From IMG/VR virus record IMGVR_UViG_3300021963_000032: a stretch of 64,000 nt of DNA. One strand, 5' to 3'. A program made the position numbers and the translations under genes. The notes beneath the pieces were generated by a model. That model was not told the origin of the DNA. It saw only the letters and a list, made by a program, of their open reading frames with translations, and ran no database searches. Below are positions 55,182 through 63,934 of this stretch, piece by piece; position 1 is the stretch's first letter; every line of letters begins with the position of its first letter. The stretch comes from a virus. Taxonomy: Duplodnaviria; Heunggongvirae; Uroviricota; Caudoviricetes.

Positions 55182-55597
55182 TAAAGCTAAAACACATATT
55201 AGTAGAAGCAAAAACAAATTGTCCAATTGCAACGCAGGATATTCATGTTAATTTGAAAAACCGTCAACACGGAATTGATGAATATCACTATGGACCAGCC
55301 AATCCAGAGAAGCCAGGTAATTATTGGAAGGATGCGGCTAAGCGATGGAAGACTGATGAATCTACTGCTAAAACAATGCTGTGTGCTAATTGTGCTGCAT
55401 TTGACGTTTCAGACAAGATGTACGATTGTATGACAAAAGGCATTGAGGGTGATGAAGAAAACATAGATGCATTAGCTACAATCGAAAAAGGTGATTTAGG
55501 TTATTGTAATTTTCTTCACTTCAAGTGTGCAGGTTCAAGAAGCTGTGCAGCATGGGTAACTGGCGGATCACTAGATGATAAGGATTTAACCAAATAA
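55178..55597 (+). CDS. hypothetical protein (MIKLKHILVE N-terminal family)
   Basis: ORF with ATGA overlap. Confidence 0.4.
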   Translation: MIKLKHILVEAKTNCPIATQDIHVNLKNRQHGIDEYHYGPANPEKPGNYWKDAAKRWKTDESTAKTMLCANCAAFDVSDKMYDCMTKGIEGDEENIDALATIEKGDLGYCNFLHFKCAGSRSCAAWVTGGSLDDKDLTK

Positions 55598-55601
55598 TAC
55601 A

Positions 55602-56264
55602 ATGTTAAACTACACTACATCAAAACCCGTTTATCAAAATATTGAAATATCTAAACCACTTCCCGACGACATAGCTGACCGTATTTTGTTAAATGGTACT
55701 TGTCATGTTGATCATGAGGGTTTTGATCTAAATGAGATAGAACAAGCATATCACAAACACAATGGTGTTTCTTTAGAGCACGACACAACGTGGTACAAAG
55801 ATGGTGATGCGACCAGAGGAGCACATGCAATTATTCAGCCATGGTTGATACAGACTGGTGATTCTGAATTAATATTAGATCATAGTCAGTTTGTTTTTCG
55901 ATATCCATTATCGGGCGATGCTGCTGCACAAGTAAAAACGTACGCAAAGCAACGTCCAGAATTATTAAGAATATTAAGTGCTGAATTTAAGTGTGGGTTG
56001 GATTTATGTATCGATCATTTATCAGCTGACAGGGTACGACCTATAGTCCATATTGAGTGGGACTATCTAGATATATCCACCATGATGGTTGATGTAGATT
56101 ACGTACAAACCGCACTACAACACACCAATTGGCAAGAAATAATATCAGTTGTTAACCGTTTCAATAGGTTATCAAAAAACTCACTAGATGCATTTCAACA
56201 AGCGGATTTTAGGTCTATGCTATTGTTTGGTCGCAAATCCTACGCACTAATTCCTACGTTGTAA
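55602..56264 (+). CDS. hypothetical protein
   Basis: ORF. Confidence 0.4.
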   Translation: MLNYTTSKPVYQNIEISKPLPDDIADRILLNGTCHVDHEGFDLNEIEQAYHKHNGVSLEHDTTWYKDGDATRGAHAIIQPWLIQTGDSELILDHSQFVFRYPLSGDAAAQVKTYAKQRPELLRILSAEFKCGLDLCIDHLSADRVRPIVHIEWDYLDISTMMVDVDYVQTALQHTNWQEIISVVNRFNRLSKNSLDAFQQADFRSMLLFGRKSYALIPTL

Positions 56265-56299
56265 TGTTTATTAAAGAAACGGCTTAGGACCGTAATAGC

Positions 56300-56350
56300 T
56301 ATGGCTATTTAGAACCACCCCAGTGTCGCTACCAGGGTGGTTTCTTTTAT
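56300..56350 (+). terminator. Rho-independent terminator
   Basis: ACCACCCcagtgtcgctaccaGGGTGGT followed by TTCTTTT. Confidence 0.5.
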
Positions 56351-56370
56351 CTAGCAACTATTTATAAAGG

Positions 56371-57159
56371 ATGGAAGTTAGAGGATACATACACCCCGAA
56401 GCAGCTTTTGCAACTATATCTGAATGGGAACAAGTAGCTAAACAGTTTCTTGCTTTACAGAAGAAAGGTGCAGATACGAGAGGTGGTGTAATAGATTCCA
56501 ATCCAGAATTAGCATCTCTAGTACAGAGGTGGTTTAGTTTTTTGTTATATGTTGAAACTCAGCAATACGATCTACTCACTCAAAAGAATGTACTAGATTT
56601 TATTGAAGATTTTGTTAATCACCGAGTGTGGGGAATGCGAAAAGAGTTTGGAGCTTACTTCTACGATGATAGTAGAGATGTAAGTTATATAAACGACATT
56701 CGAGTTGCTTACTTTTACTCACGTGGTGATATAGAGCCTTATGTTCTTTTGGACGATAATATCGTTTCTAAGTTGTACGATACTACCACCGAAAAGGTAA
56801 TAGTGAAGCACTGGACAACAGAGCAAGGAATGCGAAACATACAAGACAGTATTAACAATCAGCACACCTATGCAATAAGCACTTTCACTAAACAGTGGAA
56901 GCCTTTTTTCAGAAAGGACAGTAATATTCTCTTAAAGCTGGAAGGAAACCTTCGTGGAGCGTTTAAGAGCGATGTTAAGAGTTTTGCTACAGATGGTGGT
57001 AATAGAGCTGTTAATATGTTTAGATTGGCTTATCCTGGTGAAGAAACAAATCTATGCTTAAACGCTGCTGACTGTATAGGAGGCGCCACCGCCTTATGGA
57101 ACGAGTTTATCGTAAAGCCTACAAAACTGTTAGCCTTTAAAAAAATACAAAGATACTAA
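56371..57159 (+). CDS. hypothetical protein
   Basis: ORF. Confidence 0.4.
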   Translation: MEVRGYIHPEAAFATISEWEQVAKQFLALQKKGADTRGGVIDSNPELASLVQRWFSFLLYVETQQYDLLTQKNVLDFIEDFVNHRVWGMRKEFGAYFYDDSRDVSYINDIRVAYFYSRGDIEPYVLLDDNIVSKLYDTTTEKVIVKHWTTEQGMRNIQDSINNQHTYAISTFTKQWKPFFRKDSNILLKLEGNLRGAFKSDVKSFATDGGNRAVNMFRLAYPGEETNLCLNAADCIGGATALWNEFIVKPTKLLAFKKIQRY

Positions 57160-57217
57160 CGTCATATATTTATTCGGTTACTGGTTATATCATATAAACA
57201 CAAAACCTATAATTAGT

Positions 57218-57466
57218 ATGAAAAAGTTTTTCAGTCGTCTTTTTGATGACAACAACTCAATCAATGAAAAATCTGTAGTCGGTTTCATCGCATTCCTTAT
57301 GTTGGTGATTGCTTTGGCTGTTGATTTAATTACCGGAGCTTATGGGAAACCCCTACTTATCAACAAATTTATCTTTGATGGATTTATGGTGATCGTATTG
57401 GGGTCATTCGGAATTGCTTCTGTTGACAAGTGGATTAATAAAAAAAATAACAAAGAAGAGGAATAA
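57218..57466 (+). CDS. Putative holin (2 TM)
   Basis: Two hydrophobic helices and a charged C-terminus. The stop overlaps the endolysin start. Confidence 0.4.
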   Translation: MKKFFSRLFDDNNSINEKSVVGFIAFLMLVIALAVDLITGAYGKPLLINKFIFDGFMVIVLGSFGIASVDKWINKKNNKEEE

Positions 57467-58077
57467 TGAGTCTAAAAAGTCTACAAGAAAAGATCGGGGT
57501 TACTGCAGATGGTGCTTTCGGTCCAGGAACAATGAAAGCAGCAATGACTTTCTATAAACTAACTCCAGTTCGTGCTGCGCATTTCTTTGCACAAACAGCT
57601 CACGAAACGGGAGAATATAAACTATTCAGTGAGAATCTAAACTACTCTGCACAAGGCTTGCAAGGTACATTTGGTAAATATTTTCCAGGTAACCTAGAGG
57701 AATCTTATGCTCGTAATCCGGAAAAGATCGCTAACAGAGTTTATGCTGATCGTATGGGTAATGGTAACGAAGCGTCAGGTGATGGTTGGAAGTATCGTGG
57801 AAGAGGTGCTCTTCAATTGACTGGAAAAGCTAACTATGAAGCATTTGCTAAGTATTTAGGTAAACCAGAAATCATGACTAATCCTGATCTAGTTGCAACA
57901 ACTTATGCATTCGAATCTGCGATGTATTTTTTTGAAAAGAATAAGCTTTGGGCTATTTGTGATAAAGGAGTTGACGCTGCGACAATCACAGCTTTAACAA
58001 AAAGAATTAACGGTGGTACAAATGGATTGGATCACAGAACAAAGCTAACTGCTAAATACTATAATTACGTAAAATAA
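57466..58077 (+). CDS. Endolysin, GH19 (chitinase class I-like lysozyme) with N-terminal peptidoglycan-binding repeat
   Basis: AHFFAQTAHETGEY matches the GH19 signature. N-terminal LQEKIGVTADGAFGPGTMKA resembles PG_binding_1. Confidence 0.6.
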   Translation: MSLKSLQEKIGVTADGAFGPGTMKAAMTFYKLTPVRAAHFFAQTAHETGEYKLFSENLNYSAQGLQGTFGKYFPGNLEESYARNPEKIANRVYADRMGNGNEASGDGWKYRGRGALQLTGKANYEAFAKYLGKPEIMTNPDLVATTYAFESAMYFFEKNKLWAICDKGVDAATITALTKRINGGTNGLDHRTKLTAKYYNYVK

Positions 58078-58667
58078 TGGCTTACACAAGAGAACAAATA
58101 GAAGCCGCTGTAAAAGCTAAGGGATATGCTTGGTTTGAAGGCGCAAAAGATTACGATGTTAATATCGTAGGAGTTAGAAACTCAGCAACTGGACAAGTGG
58201 TGACAAATGTGTTTGATGACACTATGACAATCTCTTACAAAGAGAATGGTGAGTGGAAGTTTAACCAATGGCCATGTACAACAGATCCTGGTAAGAAGGG
58301 AGTAAAGGAGTACCATAACGCAGCAGGTGTTGCTCGTTTGGTTGAAGGTCAGTATCGTGGTTCTCACACTTTAGGTTTACACCAAGGAAAGTATGAAGCG
58401 TTAAAGCAAGCAAAGAATGTAAAAGTTTATCGTGATGCAAACAAAGATATGACTTACGATGAAACTAAAATTGCTGAAGGCGTTTTTGGTATCAATATTC
58501 ATAAAGCTGGTGTGGATTCAACTTACGTTGAAAACTGGTCAGAGGGTTGTCAGGTATTTAAGAAGTCAGTTGACTTCGAAGCTTTCATGGTAATCTGTCG
58601 CAAAGCAGCAGCTATCCATGGTAAATCGTTCACATACACGTTACTTGAGTCTAGTGACTTAAAATAA
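58077..58667 (+). CDS. hypothetical protein
   Basis: ORF with TAATGG overlap. Confidence 0.35.
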   Translation: MAYTREQIEAAVKAKGYAWFEGAKDYDVNIVGVRNSATGQVVTNVFDDTMTISYKENGEWKFNQWPCTTDPGKKGVKEYHNAAGVARLVEGQYRGSHTLGLHQGKYEALKQAKNVKVYRDANKDMTYDETKIAEGVFGINIHKAGVDSTYVENWSEGCQVFKKSVDFEAFMVICRKAAAIHGKSFTYTLLESSDLK

Positions 58668-58684
58668 GCGAGGAAAAGCATTGA

Positions 58685-59086
58685 ATGGATAACTTAGGGA
58701 AATTTATACCACTGTTTTTTGGTGGAGGATGGATTGTATTAGTAATCGGGGCAGCAGGAATGCTGGCCCGACTTGCTACGAGTAAAAATCCCGAAGAGAA
58801 AACAGTATCACAAATTATTAACAACATGGTTGCTGCTATGATTGCATCACTGATATCTTGGTTTATCCTGGAGCAGTTTGAAATTGCAGCTATGTGGAAA
58901 GCGTTGGTTTATGGTTTGGTAGGATTAAACTCTCCAGAATTATTGTCAGGTATTATTAAGATATCAACTAAGTTCTCAGAGAATCCTGGTGAATTTATTT
59001 CAAACGCCAAATCAGGTAAGATTACATCAACAAAGAAGGCTCCAACTAGAACTACTAGAAAGCCTACGACAAGAAAGACAAAATGA
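58685..59086 (+). CDS. membrane protein with basic KKAPTRTTRKPTTRKTK tail (spanin-like candidate)
   Basis: Two or three TM helices and a Lys/Thr/Arg-rich C-terminus. Confidence 0.35.
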   Translation: MDNLGKFIPLFFGGGWIVLVIGAAGMLARLATSKNPEEKTVSQIINNMVAAMIASLISWFILEQFEIAAMWKALVYGLVGLNSPELLSGIIKISTKFSENPGEFISNAKSGKITSTKKAPTRTTRKPTTRKTK

Positions 59087-59820
59087 AACAAACAACGTTA
59101 ATGGTTATTTTAACTGGTATTATTATTGTTATAGCCAGTTTTGGAAAGTATGTTGAGTCAAACATATCAGTATCAGCTACTACAATTTTAGAGGATCGCC
59201 TTAAACCAGCACCTATGTTGTCCCACATTTTTGACTACTTTGGTACGACGGTTCAAGATGCATTAACATCTCCTAATACGGATATCAGTAGTATACAAAA
59301 ACAACGCGAAGCTATTCTACTAGAAAAACAAAATAGAGATACTCTGTGGAGTCAATACACGAGTACCTACTTAGTAGAGTCTGAAGCTAAGATGGTTGAA
59401 AAGGTAAATATCGAAATGGCAGAGCTTGATGAAACTATTGATGTGATATTAACATCTCCAGATACGGTAAAAGTGAAATCAATTATAACGTCAGATAAAT
59501 TCAATGCTCAAATGAATACAGCAATGAATGATATAAACTGGCTGTTAGACTTACAAACCCAGGTTGGGCAAGAAGAGACAATGAAGATGATTGCATTGTT
59601 GGAAAACTTCTCTCACTTTATGGTTGGAGCGATTGCATTAGCGTTTATAATGCTTGGTTCTATGCTATATCCAAAAATATTCAACAAAGATAAAACTCCT
59701 GCTAAGCCAGTCAGAAAGACGAGAGCTACTGCTGCGAAAAAAACAACTACACGCAAACCAGTTGTACGGAAGCCAGTTACAAAAAAACCTGTAACTCGAA
59801 AAAATACAACAAGAAAATGA
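59083..59820 (+). CDS. membrane protein with basic (KKPV/TRK)-repeat tail (spanin-like candidate)
   Basis: N-terminal TM, central coiled coil, second TM, C-terminal AKKTTTRKPVVRKPVTKKPVTRKNTTRK. Confidence 0.35.
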   Translation: MKQTTLMVILTGIIIVIASFGKYVESNISVSATTILEDRLKPAPMLSHIFDYFGTTVQDALTSPNTDISSIQKQREAILLEKQNRDTLWSQYTSTYLVESEAKMVEKVNIEMAELDETIDVILTSPDTVKVKSIITSDKFNAQMNTAMNDINWLLDLQTQVGQEETMKMIALLENFSHFMVGAIALAFIMLGSMLYPKIFNKDKTPAKPVRKTRATAAKKTTTRKPVVRKPVTKKPVTRKNTTRK

Positions 59821-60284
59821 TCAAAAACTTTTTATTAGCACTTACACTTCTACTTACGTTTAACCTATCAGCACAGGATACAACACAGAATCGGAACTAT
59901 ATTTGTATCGGAACTGGTGCATTTTTTAACTCTCCTATGATGGATTGGCAACAACTCCTGGGAGCTTCTATAGAATACGGAAGGTATTTTGAGTCGGGAG
60001 TTGCATTAGGTATTAACTTTGGATATTGGTCTCTTGCTAAGGGATCCGAATACAATGGTGTTAAAATAACATATCCACTTCTGTCGACAGATTATTATTC
60101 ATTCTCACTTAGTGGTGGTGTAAACTACTTCTTCACGTACAAGGATTTACTCTTTGAGTATGACTTTAATACAAACATATTTCTTAAAAACGACTACTCA
60201 CTTAGCTTTAGTTACTGCTTCCAAAGCGGTTTAGGATACGATCGAGCGCAAAGTTTTAACATTGGAATTAATAAAGATTTTTAA
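59817..60284 (+). CDS. Outer-membrane beta-barrel protein (OmpA-like/porin-family fold) with signal peptide
   Basis: Signal peptide MIKNFLLALTLLLTFNLSAQ, alternating aromatic beta-strand pattern, C-terminal aromatic residue. Confidence 0.45.
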   Translation: MIKNFLLALTLLLTFNLSAQDTTQNRNYICIGTGAFFNSPMMDWQQLLGASIEYGRYFESGVALGINFGYWSLAKGSEYNGVKITYPLLSTDYYSFSLSGGVNYFFTYKDLLFEYDFNTNIFLKNDYSLSFSYCFQSGLGYDRAQSFNIGINKDF

Positions 60285-60317
60285 TCTCTTATAGCTCCCT
60301 ATTTATATTAAAAACAC

Positions 60318-61130
60318 ATGGCAGTAATAAGTAGAACGGGTATTTCAAATGGAAGCACACTTGATGCTTCTCACATCACAAACATCATAGATGCTTTGGA
60401 TGGAACCAGCACAACTACACATATAATAGCATCCGGATCATTTACTGGATCCTTTGGTGGTAGCTTTAATGGAACAGCAACTTCTGCAAGTAGTGCCATA
60501 GCTGCTGTAACAGCAGCAACCGCATCGAATATTACGGTAACCAACACAGCGACTGGAACAGGTCCTTATTACGTCGTGTTTGCAGACGGTACTACTGGCC
60601 ATAGAGCAGCACGAGTTGATTCGGGATCATTAACTTTTAATGCTACAACTAACACACTAACCGTTACCTCATCAAATGCTATACTTGCAACAACTGCAAC
60701 TGCGGCTCCACTTATAATGCAATTTACACACACTACCACTTCAAGCTTACAAGCAACACCGTGGTTCTTTGCTAACTTTGCTGCAAATACCTTCACTTCA
60801 GCTAATAGAATGTACTGCACATCACCAATAACTGGTACAATTATAAGTGCTAGTGTTGATACACACAACGCTGCGGGATATACTGGAAGTGCTAAAATTT
60901 CATTTCAAGTCGTGTTACATGCTTCCGCTTCAAACGCGATCTCTTCATCCTTAGCGGGTTCTGTATTTACGCAACCAGGCTCAGGTTTTATATCAAGTAC
61001 TAGAGCTGCACTTGATACTCCTCTCGATGTATTGGCTGGTAACACTCTTTCTATAAAGTATATTTCAGATACAACTACAACAAACAACTTAGCAATTACT
61101 AACGCAGTAACCCTATACTTCAGACCTTAA
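60318..61130 (+). CDS. Low-complexity Thr/Ser/Ala-rich protein (possible fiber/structural)
   Basis: ATSASSAIAAVTAATASNITVTNTATGTG-type composition. Confidence 0.35.
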   Translation: MAVISRTGISNGSTLDASHITNIIDALDGTSTTTHIIASGSFTGSFGGSFNGTATSASSAIAAVTAATASNITVTNTATGTGPYYVVFADGTTGHRAARVDSGSLTFNATTNTLTVTSSNAILATTATAAPLIMQFTHTTTSSLQATPWFFANFAANTFTSANRMYCTSPITGTIISASVDTHNAAGYTGSAKISFQVVLHASASNAISSSLAGSVFTQPGSGFISSTRAALDTPLDVLAGNTLSIKYISDTTTTNNLAITNAVTLYFRP

Positions 61131-61178
61131 CTTAGCTTTTGTAGCTAATTGTTTTATTTTTTACTATATTAACGTACT

Positions 61179-61373
61179 ATGAGTAGTGAAGATTTAATTC
61201 TTGATATCATGCACGAAGCCCATTCACTTGGATTACATGAACACGTTTTTAAAAAAGTAACTGAATTATCTGGTTCACTACGTATATACGATACTCAACA
61301 ACGAGCTGTTATTTACGAGCAAGCTTATAAACTAGTTATAGATGAAAGAACAAACAACCAAAGTATTATTTGA
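61179..61373 (+). CDS. hypothetical protein
   Basis: ORF. Confidence 0.3.
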   Translation: MSSEDLILDIMHEAHSLGLHEHVFKKVTELSGSLRIYDTQQRAVIYEQAYKLVIDERTNNQSII

Positions 61374-61872
61374 TCCAGTCCAAATTGATGACTGCGTTTG
61401 GGGAATTGCCAAACATATTAACGAGAAGTACAAAAACCACGACGAAGAATCTAATATAGTATTCTGTCCAATTCTTACCGGTGTAATTCCTTTCTTTGTA
61501 AACCTATCTAGCTACCTTGAATTTGATCCTTATGTAGAATATATTGGAGCAGCTTCTTATGAGGGAACTGAGCAACAAGAAATTAAAACATACAGAATGC
61601 CTAAACCAGAATTGATTCAGGATAAGGTTGTGTGGTTGTTTGATGACATTGCTGACAGCGGTAAAACTTTACAACACCTTAAAGACATCTTAATGTCGTA
61701 CGGAGCTAAGCAAGTGTATACTTGTGTATTGTTGAAAAAGAATACATGCCCATTCCCAGTAGATGTTTATGGTTTTCCATTAGAGGATGATGCTTGGGTG
61801 CATGGATTTGGGTTAGATGCTCCAAACGGACGAGGAAGAATTTCACCAGCTTTATTTACAACAACACCTTAA
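61342..61872 (+). CDS. Hypoxanthine/guanine phosphoribosyltransferase-like (type I PRTase)
   Basis: VWLFDDIADSGKTL matches the PRPP-binding motif. Confidence 0.55.
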   Translation: MKEQTTKVLFDPVQIDDCVWGIAKHINEKYKNHDEESNIVFCPILTGVIPFFVNLSSYLEFDPYVEYIGAASYEGTEQQEIKTYRMPKPELIQDKVVWLFDDIADSGKTLQHLKDILMSYGAKQVYTCVLLKKNTCPFPVDVYGFPLEDDAWVHGFGLDAPNGRGRISPALFTTTP

Positions 61873-62072
61873 TCATGATGACAATTTCATTTTACATCCA
61901 ACCCGAAGATGCTCTCGTACTTTGCAGCTACTTAGAGTCCTTTGACGAGGAGGAAGAGAATCCAGTACTGTACATTAGTAATCAACCTACAAGCCCTCAA
62001 GATTTACTTATTACAATTAAGTTTGAGCAATATAACGAGTTAATTGACCTCGAACTTGTTGAATGGCTTTGA
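61866..62072 (+). CDS. hypothetical acidic protein
   Basis: ORF with an internal start. Confidence 0.3.
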   Translation, partial: TLIMMTISFYIQPEDALVLCSYLESFDEEEENPVLYISNQPTSPQDLLITIKFEQYNELIDLELVEWL

Positions 62073-62105
62073 TCTTTGGAAAACTTTTCCTATATTTAAT
62101 TCAAA

Positions 62106-62485
62106 GGGGCTGCTTTGGCTTTGACAAGCAGACGCGTTCTTTGAGATGATGCAAGCAGGGTTAGATGGAAACCCTTAAACACCTATCACAACATAAATGC
62201 AAACGTAGAACTTTCTACATGGACCTTCGAAGATGTTATGGCATTCGTAGGTGGTGAATTAGCAGTAGCTGCATAGTCGCTCCCGTATCACTCATGGGAC
62301 ATTAAATAGAAGTGAACGAAAGAGTACATCTCGCTGACTCATTAAATAAGAGTGGGGAACATTGGTCCGATTGACGATGTTGAAGAACTGATCGGTATTT
62401 TGTCTAGTTAGAAAACGAGACTAAGCTTGTGAACGAGTCTGTTTGAATATCTGTTTGGACGAGGGTTCGACCCCCTCCAGCTCCA
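62106..62485 (+). ncRNA. ssrA: tmRNA (SsrA)
   Basis: 5' GGGGCTG...GACAAGCAGACGCG and 3' GGACGAGGGTTCGACCCCCTCCAGCTCCA form a tRNA-like acceptor and T-arm. The internal tag ORF ...GCATTCGTAGGTGGTGAATTAGCAGTAGCTGCATAG encodes ...AFVGGELAVAA* ending in the typical LAxAA. Confidence 0.6.
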
Positions 62486-62521
62486 CTATCTCTCGTGTCG
62501 AAAGGCACAACTTGTGTGTTA

Positions 62522-62555
62522 AGGAATGGCTAAGGAAACTTGGCCATTCTTTTTT
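62522..62555 (+). terminator. Rho-independent terminator
   Basis: AATGGCTAAGgaaaCTTGGCCATT followed by CTTTTTT. Confidence 0.6.
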
Positions 62556-62687
62556 GCTGAGATATTTATATGCAGAATAGGTTATGTTATAAATTTATTT
62601 TAAATTATTTTCACAAAACTGTTGACTTTCTGGATTATTTTCCTGATATTATTAAAATAAATTATTAATTAATAACTTTTAAATTTT

Positions 62688-63023
62688 ATGGTTTTAACAA
62701 TTATTACAATTTCCAGTTTACTTTTATCTGGAACATTTATTTACCTTTACAATAAGGAAGTAAATAAGAAAAAGGATATTGAGGCTAAGTACCAAGCTAC
62801 AGAAAAGTTTGCGGAAGAAGCAGGATCTACAATCCTTAAATTGCAAACTGAGAAGAAAGAATTACAAAACACTTTAGCTCTTTCTCAAGCTCGTAACACT
62901 ATTGCTAAAACAGCAGAAAGAGCTGTAGAGAAGTTAGAAGCTAGCCGTCCAGTTGTAGCAGGAGAAGAAAAACCAAAAGCACGTAGAGGCCGTCGCAAAA
63001 AGCCAGCTGCTAACAAAGACTAA
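62688..63023 (+). CDS. membrane-anchored coiled-coil protein with basic C-terminus
   Basis: N-terminal TM and a KPKARRGRRKKPAANKD tail. Confidence 0.35.
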   Translation: MVLTIITISSLLLSGTFIYLYNKEVNKKKDIEAKYQATEKFAEEAGSTILKLQTEKKELQNTLALSQARNTIAKTAERAVEKLEASRPVVAGEEKPKARRGRRKKPAANKD

Positions 63024-63026
63024 TAA

Positions 63027-63452
63027 ATGAAATGCTTTAAACGATTAGTAAATTCTAAGTTTTTAGCTAAAGCATCTGAGGAGCTTTCTCGAGCGCGTAA
63101 AGTATTACACGACGGGGAAGCTCCTCTTTTTGATACAATACACATCTACAATAAGGCTGATAGAAAGTACGTCTATGATTGCTATGTAGAAGATTATATG
63201 TTACTGGATGAAATCGAAAACGCGTTTGATCCAACAGAAGATTATAAGAATATAGTGTTTTACTTAGAAGAAGATTATCTTCTATTTGTATACAGCAGAT
63301 CTCGAAAGCTTATCCAGGAGGCAGTAGCATATTCCTTTAATGTGCACGGAGATATTCCAATTCATAAATCAAAGCATACCATTCACAATAAGGTTTGGTA
63401 TACTGCACTGATTGACACTAGAATGCCATTCCCAACTCCAGTTCCAAACTGA
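63027..63452 (+). CDS. hypothetical protein
   Basis: ORF. Confidence 0.35.
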   Translation: MKCFKRLVNSKFLAKASEELSRARKVLHDGEAPLFDTIHIYNKADRKYVYDCYVEDYMLLDEIENAFDPTEDYKNIVFYLEEDYLLFVYSRSRKLIQEAVAYSFNVHGDIPIHKSKHTIHNKVWYTALIDTRMPFPTPVPN

Positions 63453-63490
63453 ATTTGCTAATTTGGATATTTATTACTATAGTTAGTAAT

Positions 63491-63934
63491 ATGAAACAGA
63501 AAATTAGCAAAAGCAAAACCCTTGAATGTAAAGTCTGCGGACAAGATGTTCACAATTGTGGAGCTACTGCAGATGCAGTTACTTGTAGCCAGTGTGTTAT
63601 GGAACTGTATTGGCATGAAGAAGATGCTCCTAAAAGAAAGGTTGTAGGTTTCCCTAAAGGTTGGAGATTTATGAAGCAATTTGTTCATGAAAACGGTACT
63701 GTGTACTTTCGTGGTGAAGAGCAACCGGATCTTAAAGGAACACTTCCAGCAACACCTTTAGCAGTCAAGGAACCTAGAGTTAAGAAAAGTAAAGCACAAA
63801 AAGCCCAAGAGAAGCAAGAAGCTCTAAGTAGGTTCAGTAAGCTTAAGAAAGATTTAGCAAAGGAAAACAGATTGACTTATCGCAGAAAGATAGAGTCAGA
63901 AATTAAACGGTTACAAAAAACAATTAAGTTATGA
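63491..63934 (+). CDS. zinc-finger protein with basic C-terminus
   Basis: CKVCGQDVHNC...CSQC pattern, with an internal ATG chosen as the start. Confidence 0.35.
   Translation: MKQKISKSKTLECKVCGQDVHNCGATADAVTCSQCVMELYWHEEDAPKRKVVGFPKGWRFMKQFVHENGTVYFRGEEQPDLKGTLPATPLAVKEPRVKKSKAQKAQEKQEALSRFSKLKKDLAKENRLTYRRKIESEIKRLQKTIKL

Noticed and set aside
1842-63724. All minus-strand ORFs in the track (for example 1842-2039, 3684-3869, 16149-16388, 28049-28609, 46523-47074, 53305-53865, 60569-60868)
   Set aside because: Each lies entirely within or antisense to a well-supported plus-strand gene in a uniformly plus-strand phage genome, with no promoter motif or start context. They are treated as spurious.
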